64,000 nucleotides of DNA from Candidatus Omnitrophota bacterium (GCA_028717245.1 JAQUOD010000004.1:537-64536); one strand, 5' to 3'. Counted from the stretch's first letter, positions 19,027 to 31,221 are shown. Translations and numbers: made by a program. The notes: a model not told the origin generated them from the sequence alone.

Positions 19027-19363
19027 TTAGCTCCTTGATTTCGTTAAGGACTTCCTCTATCCTGACAGAATATTCGGCAGACCTGTCCTCATAAAAAATT
19101 ATTTCGGGGACCAACCTCAATCTAATCCTTTGCCCGATTAACCTGCGGATAAACCCCAAGGCCGAATCCAGCGCTTCTTTGGATTTTTTACGCTCTTCTT
19201 CCTGGCCTAAGACGCTAAAAAATACCTTGGCGTATCTTAAATCCTCCGTCAACTCTACGCGCATAATAGTAACAAACCCCAAGCGGGGGTCATTTAATTC
19301 ATCGTGTATTATAATACCGATTTCCCTCTTTAGCGCTTCACTGACTCTATCGTACCTGGCCAT
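18986..19363 (-). CDS. rbfA: Ribosome-binding factor A
   Basis: 125 aa KH-like protein with RbfA signature (RVSEALKREIGIII...RYAKV). Confidence 0.85.
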   Translation of the reverse strand: MARYDRVSEALKREIGIIIHDELNDPRLGFVTIMRVELTEDLRYAKVFFSVLGQEEERKKSKEALDSALGFIRRLIGQRIRLRLVPEIIFYEDRSAEYSVRIEEVLNEIKELNEPKKSNRLHKKK

Positions 19364-19429
19364 TTTAAATGAGCAGACAATTTACGGAGTGTAGCGACGT
19401 GAATTGTAGCTGCTTCGTTAACTAATCTA

Positions 19430-20749
19430 TCAAGCGTCCTTACTTATCTTCCTGATTAATTCCAATTCCTCTTTTTTAGTCTTAACTATGTTGTCAAGCC
19501 TGGCGTTTAATACCCGATGGAATATCTTCTGATACTGCGGGCCGGGCACAAGGCCCAGGCGGCGCAGGTCTTCTCCGCAAATATACAGGCGCGTGCCGTT
19601 ATAAGTAGTAAAGAAATCTGCGATATGTTTTCTTATATTCTTATTTTTTCCCGCATTTTGCGGGATCCCGCTTTGGCGGGAATATTTCGCCCTGATACAG
19701 ATGATTATTTCGTAACTTAAGGGCTCAAGTAGGTTAAAAACCCGGGAGGCTTTAAGTTTATCCCGGCTCAATTCCGCGATAAAACCGGGCTTGATTTTTT
19801 TATAGTCCAATATCCTTTTTTCTTCGCCCCTGCGGAAAACAAATCTCCTGCAGACTGACTTAATCTTATCCATGGCCAGTGAATCTATCAGGCCGATAAA
19901 ATAAATAAGCCAGCTGTCCAGTTGCCGGCGCCGGGGATAATTTTGTTTAAACCAGCTTATTTCTCTAGCGATGGCCTTCAAGAATAAAGCGGTATTCTTT
20001 TTTAAAGAAAGCCCCGGGCTGATAAATTTTAATCCGGATAATTCCTTAAGCCGCCTCAGTTGCCTGGAGGGATCTTTTTCCTTTAGCATCAAGATCAATT
20101 CATCGCGCAAACGCTGCGGCTGCACTTTTTCCAGCATTCTTAAGCTTACTGCCTCTTTTAAAAACTTAAGCGTCTTAGGTTCAATCTTAAAATTATATCT
20201 TTGTTCAAAACGGACAGCCCGTAATATCCGCGTGGGGTCATCAATAAAACTCAGGTCATGTAATACGCGTATCTTTTTAGCCTGTAAATCCTCTCTCCCT
20301 GCGAAGAAATCAATGAACCTGCCGAAATCCTGCCGGTTTATGCTTATGGCCATGGCATTTATGGTAAAGTCCCTCCTCGCCAGATCATCTCTAAGTTCTC
20401 CGCTTGTTACATCCGGCAACTCGGCAGGCTGCGGATAGCGTTCCTTTCTGGCGGTAGCGATATCTACCTTCAGATGGTTCTTCAGCACAATAGTGGCGGT
20501 TCCAAACCTCCTATGCCGGATCAATCTGGCTTTCAGCTTCCGGGTGAGCATCTCGGCGAATTTTATCCCGTCTGCCTCCACTACGATATCTAAATCCAAG
20601 TTCCTGACGTCTAAGATCAAATCCCGCACAAAACCGCCCACCAGATAAACAGGCATGTTACCAGAAGAAGCCAGCGTACCGGCTCTAGATATCAAATCCC
20701 TGATCTCCTGCGGTAGCTTATTCAAATATCTTTCAATGTGTATAAACAT
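19430..20749 (-). CDS. cca: tRNA nucleotidyltransferase (CCA-adding enzyme) / poly(A) polymerase family
   Basis: N-terminal Pol-beta-like NTase head (GGFVRDLIL...DLDIVV) plus RNA-binding body. Confidence 0.78.
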   Translation of the reverse strand: MFIHIERYLNKLPQEIRDLISRAGTLASSGNMPVYLVGGFVRDLILDVRNLDLDIVVEADGIKFAEMLTRKLKARLIRHRRFGTATIVLKNHLKVDIATARKERYPQPAELPDVTSGELRDDLARRDFTINAMAISINRQDFGRFIDFFAGREDLQAKKIRVLHDLSFIDDPTRILRAVRFEQRYNFKIEPKTLKFLKEAVSLRMLEKVQPQRLRDELILMLKEKDPSRQLRRLKELSGLKFISPGLSLKKNTALFLKAIAREISWFKQNYPRRRQLDSWLIYFIGLIDSLAMDKIKSVCRRFVFRRGEEKRILDYKKIKPGFIAELSRDKLKASRVFNLLEPLSYEIIICIRAKYSRQSGIPQNAGKNKNIRKHIADFFTTYNGTRLYICGEDLRRLGLVPGPQYQKIFHRVLNARLDNIVKTKKEELELIRKISKDA

Positions 20750-20817
20750 TATTATAAACTCCCTGAATCTTTAATAGTATATCGGATACTATCTGATACT
20801 GTTAAAGATAATTAACC

Positions 20818-21705
20818 CTAAGGCCGGGGGTGAAACATCTTATGTATTGCCTTAAGCCTTTCTTTACTGACGTGGGTATAAATCTGCGTGGTAGAAATAT
20901 TAGCATGGCCCAGCATCTCCTGGACTGAACGCAGGTCCGCCCCCCTTTCCAACAGATGCGTAGCGAAAGAGTGCCTTAGGATGTGCGGTTTTATGCTTTT
21001 TTTAATCCGCGCCTGCCTGGCATATCTTTTAATTATCTTCCATAATGACTGCCGGGATATTTTTCTGCCGAAGCGGTTCAGGAACAAAAAATCGCTTTCT
21101 TTATTTTTTAACTGCTGCGGACGGCTGACCTCAAGATACCTTTTGATACTGCTTATCGCCTTTTTGCCTAAAGGTATAATGCGTTCTTTGCTGCCCTTGC
21201 CTAAACAACGCAAGAAACCTACGCTTAAATTAACATTATCTACTTTAAGATTCACCGCTTCAGAAACACGCATACCTGTGGCATAGAGCGCCTCTAAAAC
21301 GGCCCTATCCCTTATGCCCTGTTTATCTCTGATATTAGGCTGGCTAAGCAACACATCCACTTCGTTGACCGAAAGCGTATCAGGGATCTTCTTCCATAAC
21401 TTTGGTGATTCTATCAATCCGCTGGGATCGACTTTAAGAAATCTTTCCCTCACCAAAAATTTATAGAATGCCTTTATCGCTGCCAACCTGCGGGCCACGG
21501 AATTGGCGGCTAAGCCTTTGTCTTTCTGCGCAAGCATGAAGTCTGTGACATCACTCCTTGCGCCAGAAGACAAACTATCGATACGGGAAGCTTTAAGAAA
21601 ATCCGCATAGGCATTAATATCCTCACGGTAGGAAATAATGGTGTTACGGGATAACCCGCGTTCAACCGATAAATAATTTAAAAAGGCCTCTACGAGTTCC
21701 TGCAT
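20818..21705 (-). CDS. xerD: Tyrosine site-specific recombinase XerC/XerD
   Basis: N-terminal SAM-like domain plus catalytic R...HxxR...Y motif region (HILRHSFATHLL, TQIYTH). Confidence 0.82.
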   Translation of the reverse strand: MQELVEAFLNYLSVERGLSRNTIISYREDINAYADFLKASRIDSLSSGARSDVTDFMLAQKDKGLAANSVARRLAAIKAFYKFLVRERFLKVDPSGLIESPKLWKKIPDTLSVNEVDVLLSQPNIRDKQGIRDRAVLEALYATGMRVSEAVNLKVDNVNLSVGFLRCLGKGSKERIIPLGKKAISSIKRYLEVSRPQQLKNKESDFLFLNRFGRKISRQSLWKIIKRYARQARIKKSIKPHILRHSFATHLLERGADLRSVQEMLGHANISTTQIYTHVSKERLKAIHKMFHPRP

Positions 21706-21706
21706 C

Positions 21707-22323
21707 TTAATTCAGGAAAGGATTATTCTTCTTTTCTTCTCCTATGGTAGAAGACGCCCCGTGCCCGGGATAGATAACGGTATCATCGCTTAATTTGAGA
21801 AGCTTTTCTTTTATAGACCGTATAAGTAAATTTTCATCTGCACCGGGAAAATCCGTCCTGCCGATACCCCCGCAGAACAAGGTATCTCCGGTAAATAATA
21901 TTTTTTCTTCCGGCTTCTTCATCAGTAACGCAATCCCTCCGGGGGTATGGCCGGGTGTATGGATTACTTCCAGCTGCATCTGCCCTAATTCTAACTTTTG
22001 TTTATCTTCCAATATCCTGATCTCTGATTTCAGGCTAAAAGAAGACATAAAGAAAGCAGATAGGTTACGCTTAGGATCTTTTAATAAGGCTGCATCCTGG
22101 CGGTGTATATATACCGGTATCCCGAACTCACCATCGCAGCCGATATGGTCAAAGTGGCCGTGGGTGTTAATAATAAATTCTGCCTGCAAATTATATTTTT
22201 TTAAAACCCGCTCTATTTTTTCTTTTTCAAAACCCGGGTCAATGATTATCGCCCGGCTGTCAGGGGCAGGGGCGAGAATATAACAATTGACCTCCATCGG
22301 CCCCAGGCAAAGAGTCTCTAAAA

Positions 22324-22327
<4 letters not shown>
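21707..22327 (-). CDS. MBL-fold metallo-hydrolase (hydroxyacylglutathione hydrolase-like)
   Basis: HxHxDH motif (THGHFDHIG) and downstream His/Asp ligands. Confidence 0.75.
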
Positions 22328-24854
<2,527 letters not shown>

Positions 24855-25127
24855 TTAGAATTTTAAAGCGAATTCTTTGAATTCATCCGTAGCGGCGAGC
24901 CAATGCATTTCCGTATCCTGAATATACCTGGAGAAATAATGATTAATCTTTTCTAAAAAAATCTTGAGTATTTCTTCTTCGGCCTCAGCTACCAGTTCGA
25001 CCCTTGCATCACTTAAATTTTTTACCCAACCGCAGACTCCTAATTCCCTGGCTATATCCTGGACAGTAAAACGAAAACCCACGCCTTGCACCCTGCCGCT
25101 GTAATAAACGCGGATTTGCTTTTTCAT
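24855..25127 (-). CDS. acyP: Acylphosphatase
   Basis: 90 aa with the VxGxVQGVxFR signature ([12 protein letters not shown]). Confidence 0.8.
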   Translation of the reverse strand: MKKQIRVYYSGRVQGVGFRFTVQDIARELGVCGWVKNLSDARVELVAEAEEEILKIFLEKINHYFSRYIQDTEMHWLAATDEFKEFALKF

Positions 25128-25134
25128 AAATTAA

Positions 25135-25209
25135 GTCGGGGCGAGTGGATTCGAACCACCGACCTCAGCGTCCCGAACGCTGCGCTCTAGCCAAACTGAG
25201 CCACGCCCC
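25135..25209 (-). tRNA. tRNA-Pro (anticodon CGG)
   Basis: 75 nt with a cloverleaf: acceptor CGGGGCG/CGCCCCG, D-stem GCUC/GAGC, anticodon stem CAGCG/CGCUG with loop UUCGGGA, T-loop GGUGGUUCGAAUCCACU. No encoded CCA. Confidence 0.88.
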
Positions 25210-25295
25210 GTTAATCTAATAGATTAATTAGTATAACAAAAATTAAGCGGATTGGCAATAATTAGAAGTTAACATAACGTAAATCGGTAACTGGC

Positions 25296-25346
25296 AGGGA
25301 CAGTCCCCTTGGTTTGCTTCGGATTAGCTTTCTGCGGGGACAGTCC
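25296..25346. repeat. Family C element (second copy)
   Basis: cagggacagtccccttggtttgcttcggattagctttctgcggggacagtccc, overlapping the ribE 3' end. Confidence 0.8.
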
Positions 25347-25911
25347 CTACTTTAGCGAGGATGTCGAATTCGACATTCACTTTATCGGAAGGCCCCTTAA
25401 AACCTAAGGTAGTATTCTTAAGCGTATGGGGGATTATATAAACCCTAAAGGTATTGGATCTTTTATCCATAATGGTAAGGCTGATACCATCTACGGCTAT
25501 AGAGCCTTTGGGAAGAATATAGGCTATGAATTCAATGGGTACGGCTATTTCAAAACAGAGATTGGCGTCTATATATTTCTTTTGCCTGATAATGCCGATA
25601 CAATCGACATGGCCGGTAACAAAATGGCCCGAGAGCCTCTCCCCTATCTTCAAGGCACGCTCCAGGTTGACTTTATCTTTTATCTTCAAAGAGCCGAGAT
25701 TAGTCGCCTTGAGGGTCTGCGGCATCGCCTCAAAACTCAAATCACTCTGTTCTTTTTTAACGACAGTAAGGCAGGCGCCGTTCACGGAAATACTCTCGCC
25801 TATCTTGGTATCCGGCGATATTACGGGGGCATGGATCTCCAATAAAGTAACATTACCCCGCCTGGATATTTCTTTTAATTCTCCCAACTCCTCGATAATT
25901 CCGCTAAACAT
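25324..25911 (-). CDS. ribE: Riboflavin synthase (alpha subunit) RibE
   Basis: MFSGIIEELG... with two lumazine-binding repeats. Start placed at the ATG at 25911; the ORF track's upstream GTG lies inside repeat A. Confidence 0.88.
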   Translation of the reverse strand: MFSGIIEELGELKEISRRGNVTLLEIHAPVISPDTKIGESISVNGACLTVVKKEQSDLSFEAMPQTLKATNLGSLKIKDKVNLERALKIGERLSGHFVTGHVDCIGIIRQKKYIDANLCFEIAVPIEFIAYILPKGSIAVDGISLTIMDKRSNTFRVYIIPHTLKNTTLGFKGPSDKVNVEFDILAKVGTVPAES

Positions 25912-26115
25912 AAGTGAGTGCACAATTTATGGAACGTTAGTGTCCGCCGTAGGACGGATCAGCCTTTGGCTGAAACATAAATTGTCTACACGAACTTACC
26001 CCGCTCTTTTGGGCAGGTTATGCTACGATTGCCTGCCTTGCCAAAAGGGCGGGGTTAATTCGCACACATAAGTTACGTCACTTCGTTCCGTAACTTATGT
26101 GCTCATTAACATATC
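25909..26115 (-). repeat. Family A structured repeat (copy 1), ending exactly at the ribE ATG
   Basis: Sense strand reads ttaatgagcacataagtta, a 13 bp hairpin (cacataagttacg/cgtaacttatgtg), tgcgaattaa, a GC hairpin (ccccgcc...ggcgggg), taagttcgtgtagac ... gtgcactcactt, then ATG. Confidence 0.8.
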
Positions 26116-27193
26116 CGTCTATTAAGAAATCTTCCCCTATTTTTTTCAACTGTATTCTCTTTAATTTAATCGCCTTATCTACGCGCGCTACGCCTTTTCC
26201 CATCACCGAACTGATCGCTTCTTTTCCGCCGATAATCTTGGGGCTGATAAAAAATAATACCCTATCGACCAACCCTTCATCAAAAAGAGAGCCGATTAAC
26301 GTGCCCCCGCCTTCGACAAGGCAATTGCTTATCTCCATTTGCGCTAATTTCTTCAGCATATGTTTGAGATTAATCTGGCCTGCCTTTTCTCTTACTTCTA
26401 AAATTTTTGCTTTTTGGGCCAATGCCTTCCTGTTGGCCGTCTCCTGCCCGGGCTTAACCGGCAGCGTCACAATAACAACCTGGCCTTTACGGGAAAATAT
26501 ATTTGCCTCATCCGGAGTGCTCAACTGGCTGTCGACTATTATCTTTTTCGGCTGGCTCCCGGGAAACCAGGCATCGAGCTTAGGGTTATCCCTTAATACT
26601 GTATTGACGCCTACCATAATCGCGTCATAACCGCAACGTAAACGATGGGCGTAGCCGCGCGATTTGTCAGAGGTTATCCATTTGGAATCGCCGCTACGGC
26701 TGGCGATCTTACCGTCTAAAGACTCGCCGACCTTGACCGTTATAAAAGGCATCCTTCTGGTAATATATTTTATGAAGGCTTCGTTCAGTCTTCTTAGCTT
26801 ATCTTCTAAAACCCCGGACTGGACTTTTATCCCCTGCTGCCTTAATATTTGCATACCCCTGCCATTATTTAAAGGGTTAGGATCAAGCATACCGACAATA
26901 ACTTTTTTTATTCCGCTTTTGATTATTTTATCTACGCAGGGAGGAGTTTTGCCGAAATGCGCGCAGGGTTCCAGCGTAACATACAGGCTTGCGCCTTTGG
27001 CCTTTGCGCCCGCATCCTCTAAAGCCAGAACTTCTGCGTGGGCTAAGCCCGCCTTCTCGTGGTAACCTTTACCGATAATCCGGCCGTTCTTAACCACTAA
27101 AGCCCCGACCATGGGATTAGGCAGGGTTTTGCCCCGGCCTTTTACGGCTAACTTGAAAGCCAAATCCATAAAGTACTCGTGTCCTCTCAACAT
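26078..27193 (-). CDS. ribD: Bifunctional diaminohydroxyphosphoribosylaminopyrimidine deaminase / 5-amino-6-(5-phosphoribosylamino)uracil reductase RibD
   Basis: CMP/dCMP deaminase zinc motif (HAEVLAL...PCAHFGKTPPC) plus C-terminal RibD reductase domain. The true start may be the internal MDLAFKLA. Confidence 0.9.
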   Translation of the reverse strand: MLRGHEYFMDLAFKLAVKGRGKTLPNPMVGALVVKNGRIIGKGYHEKAGLAHAEVLALEDAGAKAKGASLYVTLEPCAHFGKTPPCVDKIIKSGIKKVIVGMLDPNPLNNGRGMQILRQQGIKVQSGVLEDKLRRLNEAFIKYITRRMPFITVKVGESLDGKIASRSGDSKWITSDKSRGYAHRLRCGYDAIMVGVNTVLRDNPKLDAWFPGSQPKKIIVDSQLSTPDEANIFSRKGQVVIVTLPVKPGQETANRKALAQKAKILEVREKAGQINLKHMLKKLAQMEISNCLVEGGGTLIGSLFDEGLVDRVLFFISPKIIGGKEAISSVMGKGVARVDKAIKLKRIQLKKIGEDFLIDGYVNEHISYGTK

Positions 27194-27248
27194 ATTTTTT
27201 TAATACCTATGTAACAGCTGTGGGATATTCTAATGAAAGAGATGGCGC

Positions 27249-28079
27249 TTAGGGACGTAATGTATTCTGCTGCGCTTCTTTTAATTTATCTATCAAATCA
27301 TAAGGTATTTTAATCGAACCTATTTTGGCCTCGGGTTTGGCATCGCCGTGGCAGTCTGAACCCCCGGTAACTACTAAATTATATTTCTTAGCCAACCCCA
27401 GATAAAAATTCACCATCGACTGCGAATGTTCCGGATAATATGCCTCTAAACCCATAATCCCCAAATCAATCAGGTTAAAGACGAGGTCGTCTTTATCGAT
27501 AATATAGGGATGGGCCAAAACAGGCACACCCCCTGAATCTTTGATTAATCCTATCGCTTCATGCGGCGATAATCTAAAACCTAAGACATAAGCAGGGCAT
27601 TTATCCCCTATGTATTTCCTGAATGCTTCAAAAATAGAACCTACCAGGCCTTCTTTGACCATGGCCCTGGCCACATGCAGCCTGCCTACTGTGCCGCCTG
27701 TGGCAATATCAAAAATACTACGGGGTTCTAATTTTATGCCTATATCCTTTAGCTTATCCGTTATTTTATAGATACGTTCTATGCGGTTTTTCTTTAAGAC
27801 GGCCAATTTTTCCAATAACTGCTTTCTCTTGTAATCAATCAGATAACCTAAGATATGAATTTCGCTGCCTTCGTATTCGGCAGTAAGTTCTATGCCAGGC
27901 AGGACTTCGATATTTTGCTCCCTGGCTATCTGTAGTGTCGGCAGGATCGCCTCAACCGTATCATGGTCAACCACAGAAATAGCCGAGAGCCCGCACCTGG
28001 CAGCCTCTGAAATTAGCTTAGCGGGAGTATATGTGCCGTCGGAAAAAATGGTATGCAGATGCAAGTCGGCAAATTTCAT
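27249..28079 (-). CDS. PHP-domain phosphoesterase (TrpH/YciV, COG0613-like) embedded in the rib operon
   Basis: MKFADLHLHTIFSDGTYTP... is a PHP metal-ligand pattern. It overlaps nusB by 4 nt and lies 55 nt upstream of ribD. Confidence 0.8.
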   Translation of the reverse strand: MKFADLHLHTIFSDGTYTPAKLISEAARCGLSAISVVDHDTVEAILPTLQIAREQNIEVLPGIELTAEYEGSEIHILGYLIDYKRKQLLEKLAVLKKNRIERIYKITDKLKDIGIKLEPRSIFDIATGGTVGRLHVARAMVKEGLVGSIFEAFRKYIGDKCPAYVLGFRLSPHEAIGLIKDSGGVPVLAHPYIIDKDDLVFNLIDLGIMGLEAYYPEHSQSMVNFYLGLAKKYNLVVTGGSDCHGDAKPEAKIGSIKIPYDLIDKLKEAQQNTLRP

Positions 28080-28492
28080 TTTTTCTTCTCTGATTTTATT
28101 TTATCCAGTATCCCGTTGACGAATTTGCTTGCTTCTAACCCGGAATACCGCTTGGCCAGTTCTATCGCTTCATTGATAGAGACCTTAAGCGGTATATCAT
28201 CCCGAAACAAAAGCTCAAAACTAGCCAACCGTAATATATTCCTATCCACTACCGCCATACGCTTGAGCTGCCAATTAGCGGCGTAGCGGGCGATATTGGC
28301 ATCTATTGCCTGCAGATTAGCGATAGCCCCTTTAACTAGTTCGCTGGTAAATTTTTTTATATCTTCCTCTATATTTTCCTCGCTGTGGACCTGCCAGAAA
28401 TTAGCCAAAGAAACATCGCTATCATCAGAAGTGATGTCTATCTGATAAAGGATCTGCAGGGCATATTCTCTGGCTATAGTACGTTTACGCAT
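28076..28492 (-). CDS. nusB: Transcription antitermination factor NusB
   Basis: 138 aa NusB fold (REYALQILYQ...) in the common ribH-nusB linkage. Confidence 0.85.
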   Translation of the reverse strand: MRKRTIAREYALQILYQIDITSDDSDVSLANFWQVHSEENIEEDIKKFTSELVKGAIANLQAIDANIARYAANWQLKRMAVVDRNILRLASFELLFRDDIPLKVSINEAIELAKRYSGLEASKFVNGILDKIKSEKKK

Positions 28493-28509
28493 TCGTCGGG
28501 ATTAGGTTA

Positions 28510-28977
28510 TTATTTTATCTGTGTTAATAAATTCACCATCTCAATAGCAGAAAGGGCAGCGTCACGGCCTTTATTACCTTCCTTAGTCCCTGCGCGCTCC
28601 ACTGCCTGTTCAATAGTGTCGGCAGTAATGATACCGAAGATTACCGGTAAACCCGTATCCAGCGAAACCTTAGCTATACCTTTGGCTGCCTCTGAAGCAA
28701 TATACTCAAAATGAGGGGTTGAGCCGCGGATGACCGTGCCTAAACAGATTACGGCATCATATGACTTAGACTTTGCTAATCCTTGTGCTAAAAGCGGAAT
28801 TTCAAATGCCCCGGGGACCCATGTAACTGTTAAACCTTCCTCACCTGCGCCGTGACGGATAAGGGTATCTAAACAACCGGCTACTAACTCCTTAGTTACA
28901 AAATCATTGAAACGCGAAGCGACGATAGCGAACTTCTTGCCTTTGGCAATCAAATTGCCTTCGATCCTCTTTGTCAT
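28510..28977 (-). CDS. ribH: 6,7-dimethyl-8-ribityllumazine synthase RibH
   Basis: 155 aa lumazine synthase ([13 protein letters not shown]..., GAFEIP). Confidence 0.92.
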   Translation of the reverse strand: MTKRIEGNLIAKGKKFAIVASRFNDFVTKELVAGCLDTLIRHGAGEEGLTVTWVPGAFEIPLLAQGLAKSKSYDAVICLGTVIRGSTPHFEYIASEAAKGIAKVSLDTGLPVIFGIITADTIEQAVERAGTKEGNKGRDAALSAIEMVNLLTQIK

Positions 28978-29001
28978 TTCTTCCTCCTTCCTGTTATGCT
29001 T

Positions 29002-30213
29002 CTATTTTATATCCAGATTATGGCCTAGTTTTTCTTTTTTGGTCTTGAGATAATTGTAGTTTGATGAATTAGGCAGGATCTCTAAGGGGATACGCTCAAC
29101 AACCTTCAGGCCATAACCTTCTAAGCCCACAATCTTACGGGGGTTATTCGTCAGAAGCCTGATATTCTTAAGGCCCAAGTCTGCCAAAACCTGTGCCCCT
29201 ATCCCATAGTCCCTCAGGTCTGCTTTATGCCCCAGGGCCTCATTAGCCTCCACCGTATCAAGGCCCTTATCCTGCAAATTATAGGCCTTGATTTTATCCA
29301 TCAACCCGATGCCGCGTCCTTCCTGGCTCATGTAAAGAATAACGCCTTTCTTTTCTTTGCCGATAATCTCCATGGCTTTTTTTAACTGCTTACCGCAATC
29401 ACAACGTAAAGAGCCGAAGACATCGCCCGTGAGGCATTCGGAATGCACGCGCACAAGCGCGGGATTAGCGTCTAATTCACCTATGGTCAAGGCAATATGA
29501 AAATGCCTGCTGATTAAATCCCTGTATAAAATTAAACGGAATGCCCCGAATTCCGTAGGCAGAGCAGTTTCAGAAATCCTCTCCACTAATTTTTCAAACC
29601 TGCGGCGGTATTGGATGAGGCTGGCGATGGAACAAATCTTTAGGTTGTGCTGCTTGGCAAACTCTAATAATTGCGGCAACCTCGCCATGGCGCCGTTATC
29701 ATCCATTATTTCGCAGATTACGCCAGCAGGATAAACCTCAGCTAACCTCATCAGGTCTACTGTCGCCTCAGTATGGCCTGCCCTGACCAAAACCCCGCCT
29801 TTAAGCGCTTTTAGCGGGAAGATGTGACCCGGACGGACTAAATCCCGGGGCTGGGTTTTGGGATCAATCAGGACTTCTATAGCGCGGGCGCGGTCATAAG
29901 CTGAAATCCCCGTAGTTATACCATAAGCCGCATCTACGGAAATCATCCAGGCAGTAGAAAATGGATCTCGCCCATTAGAGAAGCTTTTTTCTTCTAACAT
30001 AGGCTGTAAATCCAGGGCCTTTAGTCTGTCTTCTTCCATAGGCACGCAGATAAGCCCCCGTCCGTATTTAGCCATAAAATTTATATCTTCCGGCTTAATA
30101 GAAGATGCGGCCATGACCAGGTCCCCTTCATTCTCGCGCTCTTCATCGTCAACGACAATGACCATGCGGCCGCGCTTTAACTCATCCAGTATTTCCGGAA
30201 TTGTATTTAACAT
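29002..30213 (-). CDS. ribBA: Bifunctional 3,4-dihydroxy-2-butanone 4-phosphate synthase / GTP cyclohydrolase II RibBA
   Basis: N-terminal DHBP synthase (DDEERENEGDL) and C-terminal GCHII (CxCGKQ... cysteines). Start at the ATG at 30213 (MLNTIPEIL). Confidence 0.92.
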   Translation of the reverse strand: MLNTIPEILDELKRGRMVIVVDDEERENEGDLVMAASSIKPEDINFMAKYGRGLICVPMEEDRLKALDLQPMLEEKSFSNGRDPFSTAWMISVDAAYGITTGISAYDRARAIEVLIDPKTQPRDLVRPGHIFPLKALKGGVLVRAGHTEATVDLMRLAEVYPAGVICEIMDDNGAMARLPQLLEFAKQHNLKICSIASLIQYRRRFEKLVERISETALPTEFGAFRLILYRDLISRHFHIALTIGELDANPALVRVHSECLTGDVFGSLRCDCGKQLKKAMEIIGKEKKGVILYMSQEGRGIGLMDKIKAYNLQDKGLDTVEANEALGHKADLRDYGIGAQVLADLGLKNIRLLTNNPRKIVGLEGYGLKVVERIPLEILPNSSNYNYLKTKKEKLGHNLDIK

Positions 30214-30340
30214 AAGTGAGTGCACCCTACCTCTAGCGGAGTCTACACGAACTTATCCGCCTTCGGCGGATTAATTCGCACACATAAATTATGTCGTAAC
30301 AAACAAAAGCATTACTCTATAAGTTATGTGCTCATTAATA
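30211..30340 (-). repeat. Family A structured repeat (copy 2), filling the leader between the riboswitch terminator and the ribBA ATG
   Basis: Shares ttaatgagcacataa, ttatgtgtgcgaattaa, a ccgcc/ggcgg hairpin, taagttcgtgtagac and gtgcactcacttATG with copy 1. Confidence 0.8.
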
Positions 30341-30585
30341 AAATACCCGAAGCTAATCTTCGGGTGAGAATTCTTCTCGCCATACTGCATGGCGAGTCCG
30401 CCACGCCTTGTGGCGGAAATCTTCTCCCATCTGGACTATACACCCAATCCTATTTGTTGGATTGGCCTCCGCCTGTGCGGAACCATCGGCTCTGGAATAT
30501 CACCAGATCTGTCCGCCAAAGTTTTATGGCGGACTCGCGGGCTTAACCGCCGGTCGGGACTTACGCCCTTACCCCGAAGATTAAT
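30337..30585 (-). ncRNA. FMN riboswitch (RFN element) with terminator-type expression platform
   Basis: Sense strand reads cuucgggguaagggcguaagucccgaccggcgguuaagcccgcgaguccgcc...ggcggacagaucuggugauauuccagagccgaugg...uauaguccagaugggagaagau, matching the RFN consensus. It is followed by cacccgaagauuagcuucggguauuuuauu, a hairpin plus U-tract. Confidence 0.85.
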
Positions 30586-30744
30586 GTAGGGTTATTATAA
30601 CAAGAAAACTTATCTTGTCAACACATTCGTATACAAATATTTATTTCTATGTTATACTCAGTGTTGACACTGAAGCCGTTGCGTTAAAGGTATAGCGGCT
30701 GAATGTGTCAATACATTTAAAACCGCTATAATAATATATTAACT

Positions 30745-31221
30745 ATGCTACATATCGTAAAAAAGATACATAATCTCCTGATAAAAAAGAAAGAGGCTAT
30801 TGCCGTAGCCGAATCCTGCACCGGAGGGCTCCTCTCTCAACTTCTTACCGAGTTACCCCGAAGTTCCCAATATTTCATTTTAGGGTTAGTCCTTTACAGC
30901 AATAGCGCCAAAGAAAACATTCTCAAGATACCCGCAAGTATTCTTAAAAAAAGAGGCGCAGTCTCTGAAAATATAGCGCGTCTTATGGCAAAATCAGTAA
31001 GATTATTAGCTAAGGCGGATTTTGGCATAGGCGTAACCGGAATCGCCGGCCCTGCTGGCGACGCAAAAGAAAAACCCGTAGGCACGGTATTCATCGCTAT
31101 TGATAGCAAAAATAAAAAAATCTGCAGGAAATTCCGCTTCACCGGTAACCGAACCAACATACGAAGAAAATCAGCCCTTAAAACACTAGAATTATTAAAA
31201 AAATTACTGATAAATAGATGA
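30745..31221 (+). CDS. pncC: CinA C-terminal domain protein (nicotinamide-nucleotide amidohydrolase PncC-like)
   Basis: 158 aa with LxxKKEAIAVAESCTGGLLS, the CinA_C signature. Confidence 0.82.
   Translation: MLHIVKKIHNLLIKKKEAIAVAESCTGGLLSQLLTELPRSSQYFILGLVLYSNSAKENILKIPASILKKRGAVSENIARLMAKSVRLLAKADFGIGVTGIAGPAGDAKEKPVGTVFIAIDSKNKKICRKFRFTGNRTNIRRKSALKTLELLKKLLINR

Noticed and set aside
30220-30589. Plus-strand ORFs 30220..30546 and 30389..30589
   Set aside because: They overlap the FMN riboswitch and family A repeat on the opposite strand. The region is explained by conserved RNA structure, not coding sequence.
30601-30744. Promoter call for cinA/pncC
   Set aside because: A TATAAT lies 15 nt upstream of the ATG but the -35 is weak and there is no SD. 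Several alternative hexamer pairs exist, so no single confident call can be made from sequence alone.
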